From Bacteroidota bacterium (GTDB taxonomy: Bacteria > Bacteroidota > Bacteroidia > Bacteroidales > GCA-2748055), in NCBI GenBank assembly GCA_039714915.1, contig JBDLIM010000011.1, forward strand, positions 1,382 to 65,381: a stretch of 64,000 nucleotides of DNA, written 5' to 3'. The number at the start of each line of letters is the position of its first letter. The stretch's first letter is position 1. Position numbers and translations under genes: made by a program. Below are positions 1-9,230 of this stretch, one piece after another. The notes beneath the pieces were generated by a model that worked only from the letters and a program-made list of their open reading frames with translations, was not told where the DNA came from and searched no databases.

Positions 1-461
1 ACGTCTTCTTGCTTGTGAAACCATCAATTGTACCTAAAACAGCATATCATGAAAACCTTAAGAGCTATCATAGATTAAGAACTTTAATGCTTGGTTTTTT
101 ATCTCTCCTTTCGCTAACTTTTATTTCCGAAAAGATTGGGATACTATTTAATTGGTCAAAAATTGGCTTTATTCTTGCAATGGTTTTTATTATGGCTATT
201 GGGAATCTTTATCCTACAATAAGGTTTAATTATTTTATAGGTATCAAGAATTCATGGACTCGAAGTAATGAACTTATCTGGAAGAAAACCCATCGTTTCG
301 CCGGTAAGGTCTTTGTATGGGGAGGACTGTTAGGTGCATTATATGGAATACTTTTCGATGTAAATCCTGTACCATATATGCCTGTTATTATGGTAGGATA
401 TGTTTATACACTTGTATTTATGCCTCATGTTTTTGCCTATTGGCTATTTCGCAAGATTTAA
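1..461 (+). CDS. SdpI/YhfL-family membrane (immunity-type) protein, 5'-truncated by the window edge
   Basis: Frame is open from nt 3 (GTC TTC TTG...), so the true start lies upstream. Several hydrophobic helices and the motif NYFIGIKNSWTRSNELIWKKTHRFAGKVF resemble the SdpI signature GIRTPWT...W.KTHR.GG. Confidence 0.7.
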   Translation, partial: VFLLVKPSIVPKTAYHENLKSYHRLRTLMLGFLSLLSLTFISEKIGILFNWSKIGFILAMVFIMAIGNLYPTIRFNYFIGIKNSWTRSNELIWKKTHRFAGKVFVWGGLLGALYGILFDVNPVPYMPVIMVGYVYTLVFMPHVFAYWLFRKI

Positions 462-528
462 TCTCATATTAATAAATAAATATAAATAAGAAATGTAAAT
501 TACCTGCTCATTAAAACAGATTGACGTC

Positions 529-1896
529 ATGAAACGAATTATCCTGATAGTGTTAGCAGTTCTTATGTGTCATACATCATTTTCCCAAAAGAAGATCTGG
601 GATGAAAGTGAAGAGGAAAAGGCGGAGCGGCTGGCGTGGTGGAAACACGACCGCTTCGGTATGTTTATTCATTGGGGAACCTATGCACTGGCGGGCCGTC
701 ATGAGTGGGTGAAAAAGTATGAGCGGATCGAGGATGCCACATACCAGAAGTATTTTGACCATTTTAACCCGGATCTTTATAAGCCGGCTGAATGGGCGAA
801 AATGGCAAAAAATGCAGGGATGAAGTATGCAGTGATCACATCAAAACACCATGAAGGTTTTACACTGTTTGATTCAGAGTACACCGATTATAAAGCCACC
901 AATACACCCTATGGAAAAGATGCACTCAGGGAATGGGTTGATGCCTTCAGGGCTGAAGGATTGAAGATTGGATTCTACTATTCACTGATCGACTGGCATC
1001 ATCCGGATTATACCATCGATAGGGTACATCCGCAAAGTGCTACAAGCCAGGAGGAGTATGAAGAGCTCAACAGGGGCCGGGATATGGGTAAGTACAGGGA
1101 ATATTTGAAAAACCAGGTTCGTGAGATCCTAAGCAATTATGGTAAAATCGATATTCTGTGGCTCGACTTCTCCTTTCCGGGTGAATTTGGAAAAGGACGT
1201 GATGACTGGGGATCTGTTGAGCTGATGAAGATGGTCAGGGAACTGCAACCCGGGATCATTGTCAATGACCGCGCCGACCTGAAGGAGTATGCCGGCGGTT
1301 GGGACTTTACTACACCTGAGCAGTTCAAAGTGCCTGAATGGCCCACCTACGATGGTAAGAAGATCCCATGGGAAACCTGCCAGACCTTTTCCGGTTCATG
1401 GGGGTATTACCGCGATGAACACACCTGGAAGGATACCAAACAATTACTTGTTCTGCTGATCGAATCGGTCAGCAAGGGAGGGAATCTGTTGCTGAATGTG
1501 GGACCCACGGGAAGAGGGACCATCGATTACAGGGCAGAAGATGCCCTCCAATCGATGGGTGACTGGATGCAGTATAACAAGCGTTCCATATATGGCTGTA
1601 CGGAGGCACCGGAATCATTTCAGGTCCCGGATCACAGTCTGCTGACCTACAATCCGCAAACCAACAGCTTATACATTCACCTGCTTGATTACCCCTTACA
1701 GAATTTTACATTAAAAGGATATAAGGGGAAGATTAAGTACGCACAATTTCTTCATGATGCATCGGAAATCCGGATCTCTGCACCCGGTGGGCACTGGACC
1801 AGGCAGGAACTTTCGGAAACTGACATTAACCTGGATCTGCCAGTGAATAAGCCTCCTGTTGAGATCCCTGTAATAGAGTTAATTCTGGAGGAGTGA
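529..1896 (+). CDS. Alpha-L-fucosidase (GH29), secreted
   Basis: Signal peptide. GH29 motifs RFGMFIHWG, AGMKYAVITSKHHEGF, nucleophile region LWLDFS, PWETCQT..GSWGY, and VSKGGNLLLNVGP. Confidence 0.93.
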   Translation: MKRIILIVLAVLMCHTSFSQKKIWDESEEEKAERLAWWKHDRFGMFIHWGTYALAGRHEWVKKYERIEDATYQKYFDHFNPDLYKPAEWAKMAKNAGMKYAVITSKHHEGFTLFDSEYTDYKATNTPYGKDALREWVDAFRAEGLKIGFYYSLIDWHHPDYTIDRVHPQSATSQEEYEELNRGRDMGKYREYLKNQVREILSNYGKIDILWLDFSFPGEFGKGRDDWGSVELMKMVRELQPGIIVNDRADLKEYAGGWDFTTPEQFKVPEWPTYDGKKIPWETCQTFSGSWGYYRDEHTWKDTKQLLVLLIESVSKGGNLLLNVGPTGRGTIDYRAEDALQSMGDWMQYNKRSIYGCTEAPESFQVPDHSLLTYNPQTNSLYIHLLDYPLQNFTLKGYKGKIKYAQFLHDASEIRISAPGGHWTRQELSETDINLDLPVNKPPVEIPVIELILEE

Positions 1897-1931
1897 GCTG
1901 AATTACCTCATATAATGGAAATAAATATTCA

Positions 1932-1939
1932 TATATTTG
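1932..1939 (+). promoter_or_regulatory. Bacteroidota sigma-A -7 element TATATTTG, inside the inverted repeat TTCATAT-N5-ATATGAA (1928-1946)
   Basis: Exact TAnnTTTG match 22 nt upstream of the ATG at 1962. Confidence 0.55.
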
Positions 1940-1961
1940 ATATGAACTAAAATATATCATT

Positions 1962-2138
1962 ATGGACACAACAACAATTATTGGGATTGTAATGCTGATC
2001 TGTGCAATTTGGGTTATTTATGATGTATGGGCTAAGCAAAAGAACTTGTCGGGTGGGAAAAAAGTGCTATGGACCATCCTGGCATTGGTATTCAGTATCC
2101 TTACAGCAATAGTGTACTATTTTGTAAGAAAGAAATAA
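1962..2138 (+). CDS. Small membrane protein, PLDc_N (PLD nuclease N-terminal) family, 58 aa; absent from the ORF track
   Basis: Hand translation MDTTTIIGIVMLICAIWVIYDVWAKQKNLSGGKKVLWTILALVFSILTAIVYYFVRKK: two TM helices with the D...K..W.......G/..YY..R pattern. AT-rich initiation region and an upstream -7 box. Confidence 0.8.
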   Translation: MDTTTIIGIVMLICAIWVIYDVWAKQKNLSGGKKVLWTILALVFSILTAIVYYFVRKK

Positions 2139-2143
2139 TTGGA

Positions 2144-4960
2144 TTACTTCTTCTCCCTGTTCTCCAAACGGTACTCATCTTTTTCCTTACTCTCGCGTAT
2201 CATGTCCTCCTTATTGTCCATCACAGGGGACTCCTCCAGGGCTTCCCAGTTAAAATCTTCATCGAAGGGGTCGAGTGCTTTTTGTGGATCAAATACCCTT
2301 GTATCGGCCGGAATGGCAGAATAGGTTCTTAGATCTGGTGTATTGTTGAAAAAATCGGCCAGATCCGTTGCGCCTGCATCGTATTGATTCAGATAAGGAA
2401 TTCCCAGGATATTCCAGAAAGTTTTGAAAATACTCCCGAAACTATAATGACCGTGACTCACATAATCCTCTTTTACCCAGGGCGAAACGAGCATTAATAA
2501 ACTACGGTGGGCATCCACATGGTCAACGCCGTTTTGCGCATCATCCTCGGTGATCACAATTAACATGCTTTGCCAATAGGGTGTGTGGGAGAGGTATTCC
2601 ACAATCCGGCCCACAGCGAGATCGTTATCAACCATATAGCTTTCGCGGAAAGGATAACCTGCATCGGGACGGTCCCCGGCTCCATGGTCGTTGGGAATAA
2701 TAACTGTGATCAGGGCTGGCATGCTATCCTTCCCGTTGATCCATTTCTCTTCAAACTCCTTTTGAAACTGGTCAATCCTGAATTGGTCAGGAATCGCCAT
2801 GTTGTAGGTGGGATAGTTTTTTGAAGTACGTTCCCAGATTGGCTTGGGCAAAGGAAAATTGATGTAGTGTCTTATTCCTTCATGGAGGAACTCTTCGTCA
2901 TAAATACCCGGTTCAAACATAATGCTAAACCCGAAATTGAAGAATTCGATCTTATTGCGCTCCAGGTGATCCCACATGGAACCGGCTTCGTTATAATCTT
3001 CAGGATATATTGCCCCTGCTGCTCCATTCATTGCAAAAACGCCCGGGGCATTGGATTTGAAATTAAAGGAACGATTTCCCCCATAGCTGGCAGCCGTACA
3101 TGTTTCACACCACTCGTTCGGATAGGTATTAACCAGCCACCTGTGGCCGTCTGCAGAAACATCCGAATCGACATAGAAATTATCAGAAATGGCAAAATTA
3201 TGTGCAATCTTCAGGTGATTGGACATGATATCCGCATCGCGGACCGAAGCGGTTCGGTTTGAATTATGAAACGATGCCCCGGCACCATAACGGGCCAACT
3301 CCGGATCTCCCTTTCCTTTTTCAATCTGGCCAAATACTTCGTCATAGGTACGGTTTTCTTTCGAAATAAAAACAATATGCTTAATGGGGCTCTTTTTCTC
3401 ACCGGGATACAGGGGTACCGGATTGTTTTTACGCCAGGCGAACTTGTCTGATGAGGCTCTTTGGAAATCGAAGTTGTTACTTATCACTTCATCGGAAAAG
3501 CGCTTCAATTCTTCATCAGATGGAATATCCAGGATCTGAACCGTACCCTTCATCAAAGAACCAATGTAACTTCCCGATTCGGATACATTGAAATTCCTGC
3601 CTCCGTTGGGTCCGCTTCCAAATCCTTTGGCATTTGCAACAATCAGCTTTTTACCGTTCCTGCTTACCTTTACTTTGGAAGGAAACCAGCCAGCGGGAAT
3701 ATGGCCTAATACTTTAAGCTTTTCCACATCGATCACCGCCACTGCATTTATTCCGGCTTCAGCAACATACAAGCGCTTGTTGTCGGGTGACAAAGCCAGT
3801 CCAAAGGGAATTACACCGCGAAATTGCCTTACACGCCGGTCGGGTTTCAGATAAATGGTATTCACAACGGTGTCCTTTTCGATGGAGATCACCGAAATAT
3901 TGTCGTTGGTTCCATTACTTACAAACACGTAGTGATCTGTAGCCACCAGGGAATTTGGACTGGCACCTCCCACGGCGGGTATATCTTCCACTTTTGCACC
4001 CACCAGATGGCCTGTTTTTGTTTTTGCAATAAGTTTTGGATCGTCAGGGTTTTCCAGACTTATGGTGAATACAGAAAATGCTTCGGGTGAGTTCATTTCT
4101 CCCAAGCCCGGAACAGAAAGGCTGTCGTTTTCAATTCCATGAATCATTTCCTCACTGCCATAGGCAAATGCAGGATATTTTAGCGCCTTCTCTCCCACAT
4201 TTTCCTCCGTAATCCCATGGATGACATTGTATTCGAACATGCCCACATTGGCCACATAAATCTTCTTCTCATCGGGCGATAAGCATATTCCAAAGGGATA
4301 TCTCCCCACAGGCACACTGTGTTCCAGTCGACCGCTTTCAATGTCGATAATTACCATTCGAAAACCAATCTGATCCACCGCATAGAGCTTTTTCCCATCC
4401 TTGGAAAGGGTAAGATCACCAATATATCCGTGACTGTAATCCGTATCCCCCGAAACGTCGGAGCAATCAAAGAAGCCTCTTTTCTCACCGGTGTTCAGGT
4501 CGAACAGGAATATTTTATTCTCCTGTCCACCGGCCACATAAACCATCGTATTGTCATTGGAGATGGCCAGTCCCATGAAAACCGATGCCAGCACGCCCCT
4601 GTCTGTGGATGGTCCCGGAGGGACCTGCTGTACTTCCGGTTCAGCGGAAAGAATATCACGGATAATGGTAATGGAAAGCGGGCCTGTTCCCGAGTTGGCA
4701 GTAACTGCGGTATTTCCATCGGGACTAAGAGTCAGTCCGTACGGGTGAGGTGCTACCCCTATGCTTATTCCTGCCGGTGCAACAATCCTGCCATTGGGAA
4801 TGATCGTCTCAGCTTCTTTATCTATGGTTACATAGCGATCGCCTGCCGGTGCAGTAATAATCCATGGTTCCGCTTTCTTATTTTGAGAGCAGGAAACCAA
4901 TGCGATCATGATGATGGAAATAGATATTACGGAGATAAGAATCGGAATGCTCTTTTTCAT
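2144..4960 (-). CDS. Lipoprotein, YncE/YVTN beta-propeller fused to an alkaline-phosphatase-superfamily phosphoesterase
   Basis: Likely start MKKSIPIL at 4960 (the track's 4987 is an extension). Lipobox LVSC. Propeller repeats (P.GL.LSPDG; YVAN). C-terminal IKHIVFISKENRTYDEVFG, SDNFY, PNDH and EDDAQNGVDHVDAHRS motifs. Confidence 0.85.
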   Translation of the reverse strand: MKKSIPILISVISISIIMIALVSCSQNKKAEPWIITAPAGDRYVTIDKEAETIIPNGRIVAPAGISIGVAPHPYGLTLSPDGNTAVTANSGTGPLSITIIRDILSAEPEVQQVPPGPSTDRGVLASVFMGLAISNDNTMVYVAGGQENKIFLFDLNTGEKRGFFDCSDVSGDTDYSHGYIGDLTLSKDGKKLYAVDQIGFRMVIIDIESGRLEHSVPVGRYPFGICLSPDEKKIYVANVGMFEYNVIHGITEENVGEKALKYPAFAYGSEEMIHGIENDSLSVPGLGEMNSPEAFSVFTISLENPDDPKLIAKTKTGHLVGAKVEDIPAVGGASPNSLVATDHYVFVSNGTNDNISVISIEKDTVVNTIYLKPDRRVRQFRGVIPFGLALSPDNKRLYVAEAGINAVAVIDVEKLKVLGHIPAGWFPSKVKVSRNGKKLIVANAKGFGSGPNGGRNFNVSESGSYIGSLMKGTVQILDIPSDEELKRFSDEVISNNFDFQRASSDKFAWRKNNPVPLYPGEKKSPIKHIVFISKENRTYDEVFGQIEKGKGDPELARYGAGASFHNSNRTASVRDADIMSNHLKIAHNFAISDNFYVDSDVSADGHRWLVNTYPNEWCETCTAASYGGNRSFNFKSNAPGVFAMNGAAGAIYPEDYNEAGSMWDHLERNKIEFFNFGFSIMFEPGIYDEEFLHEGIRHYINFPLPKPIWERTSKNYPTYNMAIPDQFRIDQFQKEFEEKWINGKDSMPALITVIIPNDHGAGDRPDAGYPFRESYMVDNDLAVGRIVEYLSHTPYWQSMLIVITEDDAQNGVDHVDAHRSLLMLVSPWVKEDYVSHGHYSFGSIFKTFWNILGIPYLNQYDAGATDLADFFNNTPDLRTYSAIPADTRVFDPQKALDPFDEDFNWEALEESPVMDNKEDMIRESKEKDEYRLENREKK

Positions 4961-4989
4961 AGTACTGAAATTTAACCTTACCAACATAT

Positions 4990-6444
4990 TTATTCCTCAA
5001 CCCGGGTGGCATCCTTCCAGTCATCGGTCCGAAAGGATGAAGCAGGCAATAAAGCGGTATCGAAAAGGGTTCCCTCCACCCAATTGCTCCAGGCATACCT
5101 TACAGCCACAGGCGAAGATACCTGGTCACACTCCACCTCTACCTCTTTGCTGCGACCTACGATTTTAGCGCTGGCGGGATAAAAAACTCTATCCTCCCCG
5201 GCAATTTCAAAACCACTCAACCCGTTATAGGCATACAAACCCATTTCCGCATTTCTGAAGCTCAACAGAATCTTTCCGTCCTGAATTTCCATGGAATCAT
5301 ACACCGGAGATTTACCATCCACTGTTTCATAGCCATAGCTTTGATGGAGTGCATTGAACAGCAATCTGTCGGCCACCTCCTTCTTCCTGGGAGGATGAAT
5401 GCAAAATTCATCTCCAATGTCCAGGGTGATCGCAATGCCTGAATTGGGAATCAAGTCCACACACTGCAATTGAGTTTCACGGATAAAAGCAGAATTATCA
5501 GCCGTAGAAAAGGCTTCGGTATTACCGTACCAGTATGGAGCTATCTGTACATAGTAGAATGGGAAATCCCCGATTCCCCAGCGTGTACGCCAGTCCTTCA
5601 CCATGGCAGGAAATAGCTCCTTGTAGACCTCTGGTTCCATTCGATTTGATTCTCCCTGGTACCACAGGGCGCCTTTTAGCGTATAAGGGATCAAAGGATG
5701 TATCATGGCATTATACAGTGCGGTGGGAATATGGTTTGTCCCCTCCAGGATATCCACGTTTTCAAGGTTTACTTCCTGATAAGCGCTTATCACCTCCTTG
5801 CTTATCCAGGCCTGCACACTACTGCCTCCCCAGGAGGTATGTATCATACCAACAGGTACATCCAGGATTTCCTGCAGCTGTTGTCCGAAGAAGTAGGCTA
5901 CAGCACTAAAATCTGCTACATTGGCCGGAGAAGCTTCCTGCCAGGCAGCATATTCTTCCACATCGTCAAGGGATTTCTTCGAACCCGCCCTGTCCACAGA
6001 AAACAAGCGCAGATCCGGGTTCTGAGCATGTGTAATGGACCGGGCAGCACCAAAGGTAGGCTGGCCCCAATATCCATTTAAAGACTGCTGCATATTGGAC
6101 TGCCCGGAACAGATCCAGACCTCTCCAAAAAGAACATTTTCCAGCACAATCTCAGATTCCATACTCTTTATTCGTATCTCCTGAGCTTCCTTGCTGTTTG
6201 TGGTTTTCACTTCGATCCGCCAGGTCCCTTCCTGATCAGCCACAATATCAAGCGACTCATTTAACCAGGATGCCTCCAGGGTAATTTTCTCATTAGCATC
6301 TGCCCAGCCCCACAATACTACTGTGGTATTTCGCTGAAGCACCATATTGGATGACACAATTGCGGGGAGTTTTAGCTCCCCATACAAAGCTTGGTTTGTA
6401 AGCAGAAATAAGACTGCCAGGAATGGAATAAGCGTGCGTTTCAT
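4990..6444 (-). CDS. Sialate O-acetylesterase (SASA/SGNH family)
   Basis: Signal peptide; LPAIVSSNMVLQR; GEVWICSGQSNM; GALWYQGESN; catalytic D..IHP (GDEFCIHPPRKK); C-terminal PVAVRYAW...LPASSFRTD. Confidence 0.88.
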   Translation of the reverse strand: MKRTLIPFLAVLFLLTNQALYGELKLPAIVSSNMVLQRNTTVVLWGWADANEKITLEASWLNESLDIVADQEGTWRIEVKTTNSKEAQEIRIKSMESEIVLENVLFGEVWICSGQSNMQQSLNGYWGQPTFGAARSITHAQNPDLRLFSVDRAGSKKSLDDVEEYAAWQEASPANVADFSAVAYFFGQQLQEILDVPVGMIHTSWGGSSVQAWISKEVISAYQEVNLENVDILEGTNHIPTALYNAMIHPLIPYTLKGALWYQGESNRMEPEVYKELFPAMVKDWRTRWGIGDFPFYYVQIAPYWYGNTEAFSTADNSAFIRETQLQCVDLIPNSGIAITLDIGDEFCIHPPRKKEVADRLLFNALHQSYGYETVDGKSPVYDSMEIQDGKILLSFRNAEMGLYAYNGLSGFEIAGEDRVFYPASAKIVGRSKEVEVECDQVSSPVAVRYAWSNWVEGTLFDTALLPASSFRTDDWKDATRVEE

Positions 6445-6475
6445 CTATGTATTGTTTTAGTGATTATATGATATT

Positions 6476-7390
6476 TTAAACCAGAATTTTGGTGGTAATA
6501 TTATTGATACTGGTTTCCAGAGTTTCAAAAGGCTTGCCCTTTCCCTGGTTGTCATCTTCCACAAACAGGTGTTCCATTCCTGCCACATCCCTGGCGGCCA
6601 TAATCCGTTTAAAATCAATAAGACCCTCCCCTACCGGCGATATGTCTTCCTTAATCACATCGTAAAACGGAGCTTCTTTGGTATACATGTCCTTCAGGTG
6701 GAAAAGCTTGAAACGTCCCGGATATCTTTTAAACATCTCTACAGGATCCTGTCCTGCCTTACTTACCCAGAAAAGGTCGATTTCCATGGTTATCAGATCA
6801 GCATCCATCTCTGGCATGAATATGTCATAGTAAGGTACTACTCCGTCGATGTTCACAAATTCAAAATTGTGATTGTGGTAGCCAAACTGGATCCCCACAT
6901 CTTTCAGGATCCTGCCAACCTCATTCCAGTCAGCAATCATTTTCTTGTAGGATTCAATATTCCGGTCCTCTTCATTCACCCAGGGCTGAATACAATATTT
7001 GGCTCCAAGTCCTGCATGCGCATCAGCCATGAGTTTTGCATTATCCAGGGTAATGCCTGCTGCCTCCACCTGGGTATGGCTGCTGAGAATGACCATGCCC
7101 ATATCTTTCACCATTTTTCTAAACTCAGCCGGAGCATAGCCATAAAATTTACCCTCTGAGTAAGAGGCAAGTTCCAGGTATTTATAACCCAGATCAGAAA
7201 CCTTCTTTAAGGATCCCGGGACATCGGCATCCATGGCATCACGGATGGTATAAAGTTGAAGTCCCACACCAAAATTCTTCCTGTCACCAGAGGGAACAGA
7301 TGCACATCCAAAAGGGCTCATAAGCGACAATCCCATGGCTCCGGCTGCAGAAACTTTCAGAAATTCTCTTCTGTTCTGTGATGTTTTCAT
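6476..7390 (-). CDS. Sugar phosphate isomerase/epimerase (PF01261-type TIM barrel) with a Tat/lipoprotein signal
   Basis: NRREFLK twin-arginine motif and a PFGC lipobox. Motifs GLQLYTIRD, GYHNHNFEF, E.DLFW, HLKD and VEDD. Start is 7390 or 7393. Confidence 0.85.
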   Translation of the reverse strand: MKTSQNRREFLKVSAAGAMGLSLMSPFGCASVPSGDRKNFGVGLQLYTIRDAMDADVPGSLKKVSDLGYKYLELASYSEGKFYGYAPAEFRKMVKDMGMVILSSHTQVEAAGITLDNAKLMADAHAGLGAKYCIQPWVNEEDRNIESYKKMIADWNEVGRILKDVGIQFGYHNHNFEFVNIDGVVPYYDIFMPEMDADLITMEIDLFWVSKAGQDPVEMFKRYPGRFKLFHLKDMYTKEAPFYDVIKEDISPVGEGLIDFKRIMAARDVAGMEHLFVEDDNQGKGKPFETLETSINNITTKILV

Positions 7391-7417
7391 CATCAATGTT
7401 TTTTATAGTTTATAAAA

Positions 7418-7425
7418 CAAAAATA
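7418..7425 (-). promoter_or_regulatory. -7 element TATTTTTG for the TIM-barrel/esterase/phosphoesterase unit
   Basis: Exact TAnnTTTG match on the minus strand about 25 nt upstream of the start codon. Confidence 0.45.
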
Positions 7426-7528
7426 CACACATTATTGATTTTGCATCATTATTCCTATCGGATTACGCTCAGGACTAAATTTTGTATTCTCAGGTCATTT
7501 AATGTATTTTCATGAAAAATAATTAACT

Positions 7529-8299
7529 ATGAAACTGATATCCTGGAATGTGAACGGAATTCGGGCAGTAGCCAAGAAGAACTTCTTTACAGATTTTAAA
7601 AGCATAGACGCAGATGTTTTTTGCCTGCAGGAAACCAAGGCTCAGGATGATCAGGTACGGGATGTTCTTAAATCCTTAAATGGCCATTATGTTTACTCCC
7701 ATTCGGCAGTACGACCCGGATACTCAGGCACTGCAATCATCTCAAAGACAGAGGCTCTGAACGAAACACACGGGATTGGAGTTGAACAGCACGATCAGGA
7801 GGGCCGGGTATTAAGTCTGGAATTCGATGGATTTTTCCTGGTTAATGTATATGTTCCCAATTCAGGCAACGAGCTGAAAAGGCTGGACTACCGCCAGCAG
7901 TGGGATAAAGACTTTCACGCTTACCTGAAGAAGCTGGAGCTTAGCAAACCCGTCATTGCCTGTGGAGATTTCAATGTGGCACACAAAGAGATGGATCTGG
8001 CACGCCCTAAGCCTAATTACAATAAATCGGCCGGTTATATGCAGGAAGAAATCGATGGCATGGACCGCTATACTCAAAGTGGCCTGGCAGATACATTCCG
8101 GCATTTTTATCCCGATGAAACCGAGCGCTATTCCTGGTGGAGCTATCGGGCCGGAGCAAGAGCCAAAAACGTAGGCTGGAGAATCGATTATATTCTGGCA
8201 AGCGAATCCATCCTCGCTTCAGTCAGGGATTCATTCATCATGCATGAAGTTATGGGATCCGATCATTGCCCGGTGGGGATTGAGTTGAATTATAATTAA
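7529..8299 (+). CDS. xth: Exodeoxyribonuclease III (class II AP endonuclease)
   Basis: MKLISWNVNGIRA, CLQETK, YVPNSG, GDFNVAH, YSWWSYR..AR.KNVGWRIDY and GSDHCP motifs. Confidence 0.95.
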   Translation: MKLISWNVNGIRAVAKKNFFTDFKSIDADVFCLQETKAQDDQVRDVLKSLNGHYVYSHSAVRPGYSGTAIISKTEALNETHGIGVEQHDQEGRVLSLEFDGFFLVNVYVPNSGNELKRLDYRQQWDKDFHAYLKKLELSKPVIACGDFNVAHKEMDLARPKPNYNKSAGYMQEEIDGMDRYTQSGLADTFRHFYPDETERYSWWSYRAGARAKNVGWRIDYILASESILASVRDSFIMHEVMGSDHCPVGIELNYN

Positions 8300-8333
8300 C
8301 TTTAGTCTTTCCAAATTAAAGTAGAGAGTAACC

Positions 8334-9194
8334 ATGCAGGTATCCCATAAATATCCGGGAATAGTACTCGGATTCTCCACTCAGAATTTTATGAAATCTA
8401 TGCCTCCGGGGGTGGATAATCTGAAAGAATTACTTGATTTTGCCTCTGTAGAAGGCTTTGCGTTTATCGAGTTACGAGACCCATCTGCAGATCTCAGTGA
8501 AGATGATTGCAGGATCCTTGCAGAGTATGCTGTAAAGAAGCAGGTGGAAGTTATCTACGAAATTCACAAGGATCTGTTTGATCCTGAATTTCAGAAGGTT
8601 TTTGACCGGGCTATACGAAATACCATGATATTTGGGGAACCGGGTATTCTACGCTCCATCCTCTCCTGGTCTGAATTTGCCGCCGATAAGAATAAAAAGG
8701 GCTGGTCTCTGGAGGAATTAGACTACCTGACCACTACAGCGGATTCTTGTGCTAAAACAGCAAAGGTACAGGATATCAGCCTGATATTTGAGAACATTAT
8801 TGAACCCTGGTTCGGCCAGGAGGATGATTTTGGACTGGCAGAGTTTTTTGACAGGACCTCACTGGTTGGGCTTCAGTTCGATACGGCCAATCCTTTTCTC
8901 TCTTCCTGCAGAAGGGTGGCCGATCCCGAATCCGTAGCCGGGTATCTGTCTACCATTTCCGGCCGGTGGCTTACGACACATTTGAAATGTGCTGCCGAAG
9001 ATAGTTTCCAAGCTGTCCTGAAGGGAAATCCGCTACCCTATGAAAGGGTATTTGAATTGATGGAAGCCCAAGGGGTCAGCTATGCCGCCCTTGAATTGCT
9101 GGCAGTTGACAGCAAGGAAGCCTGTTTCGAAAACCACCGGAAAAGCATAGATTATCTTATCGGAAAGAATCTGGTTGAACCATCTATTGGGTAG
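8334..9194 (+). CDS. Xylose-isomerase-like TIM-barrel protein (sugar phosphate isomerase/epimerase family)
   Basis: Metal-ligand pattern IELR, FEN, QFDTAN, HLK and LEL. Divergent member, no signal peptide. Confidence 0.7.
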   Translation: MQVSHKYPGIVLGFSTQNFMKSMPPGVDNLKELLDFASVEGFAFIELRDPSADLSEDDCRILAEYAVKKQVEVIYEIHKDLFDPEFQKVFDRAIRNTMIFGEPGILRSILSWSEFAADKNKKGWSLEELDYLTTTADSCAKTAKVQDISLIFENIIEPWFGQEDDFGLAEFFDRTSLVGLQFDTANPFLSSCRRVADPESVAGYLSTISGRWLTTHLKCAAEDSFQAVLKGNPLPYERVFELMEAQGVSYAALELLAVDSKEACFENHRKSIDYLIGKNLVEPSIG

Positions 9195-9230
9195 CCATTC
9201 TGATTTCAATATAGCTGGAAGAGAAGCCCC

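Noticed and set aside
6476-9194. Two AP-endonuclease-2-fold TIM barrels flanking xth, suggesting a DNA-repair cluster
   Set aside because: Both lack endonuclease IV zinc motifs and look like sugar isomerases or lyases, and one is Tat-exported. The shared fold name is coincidental.
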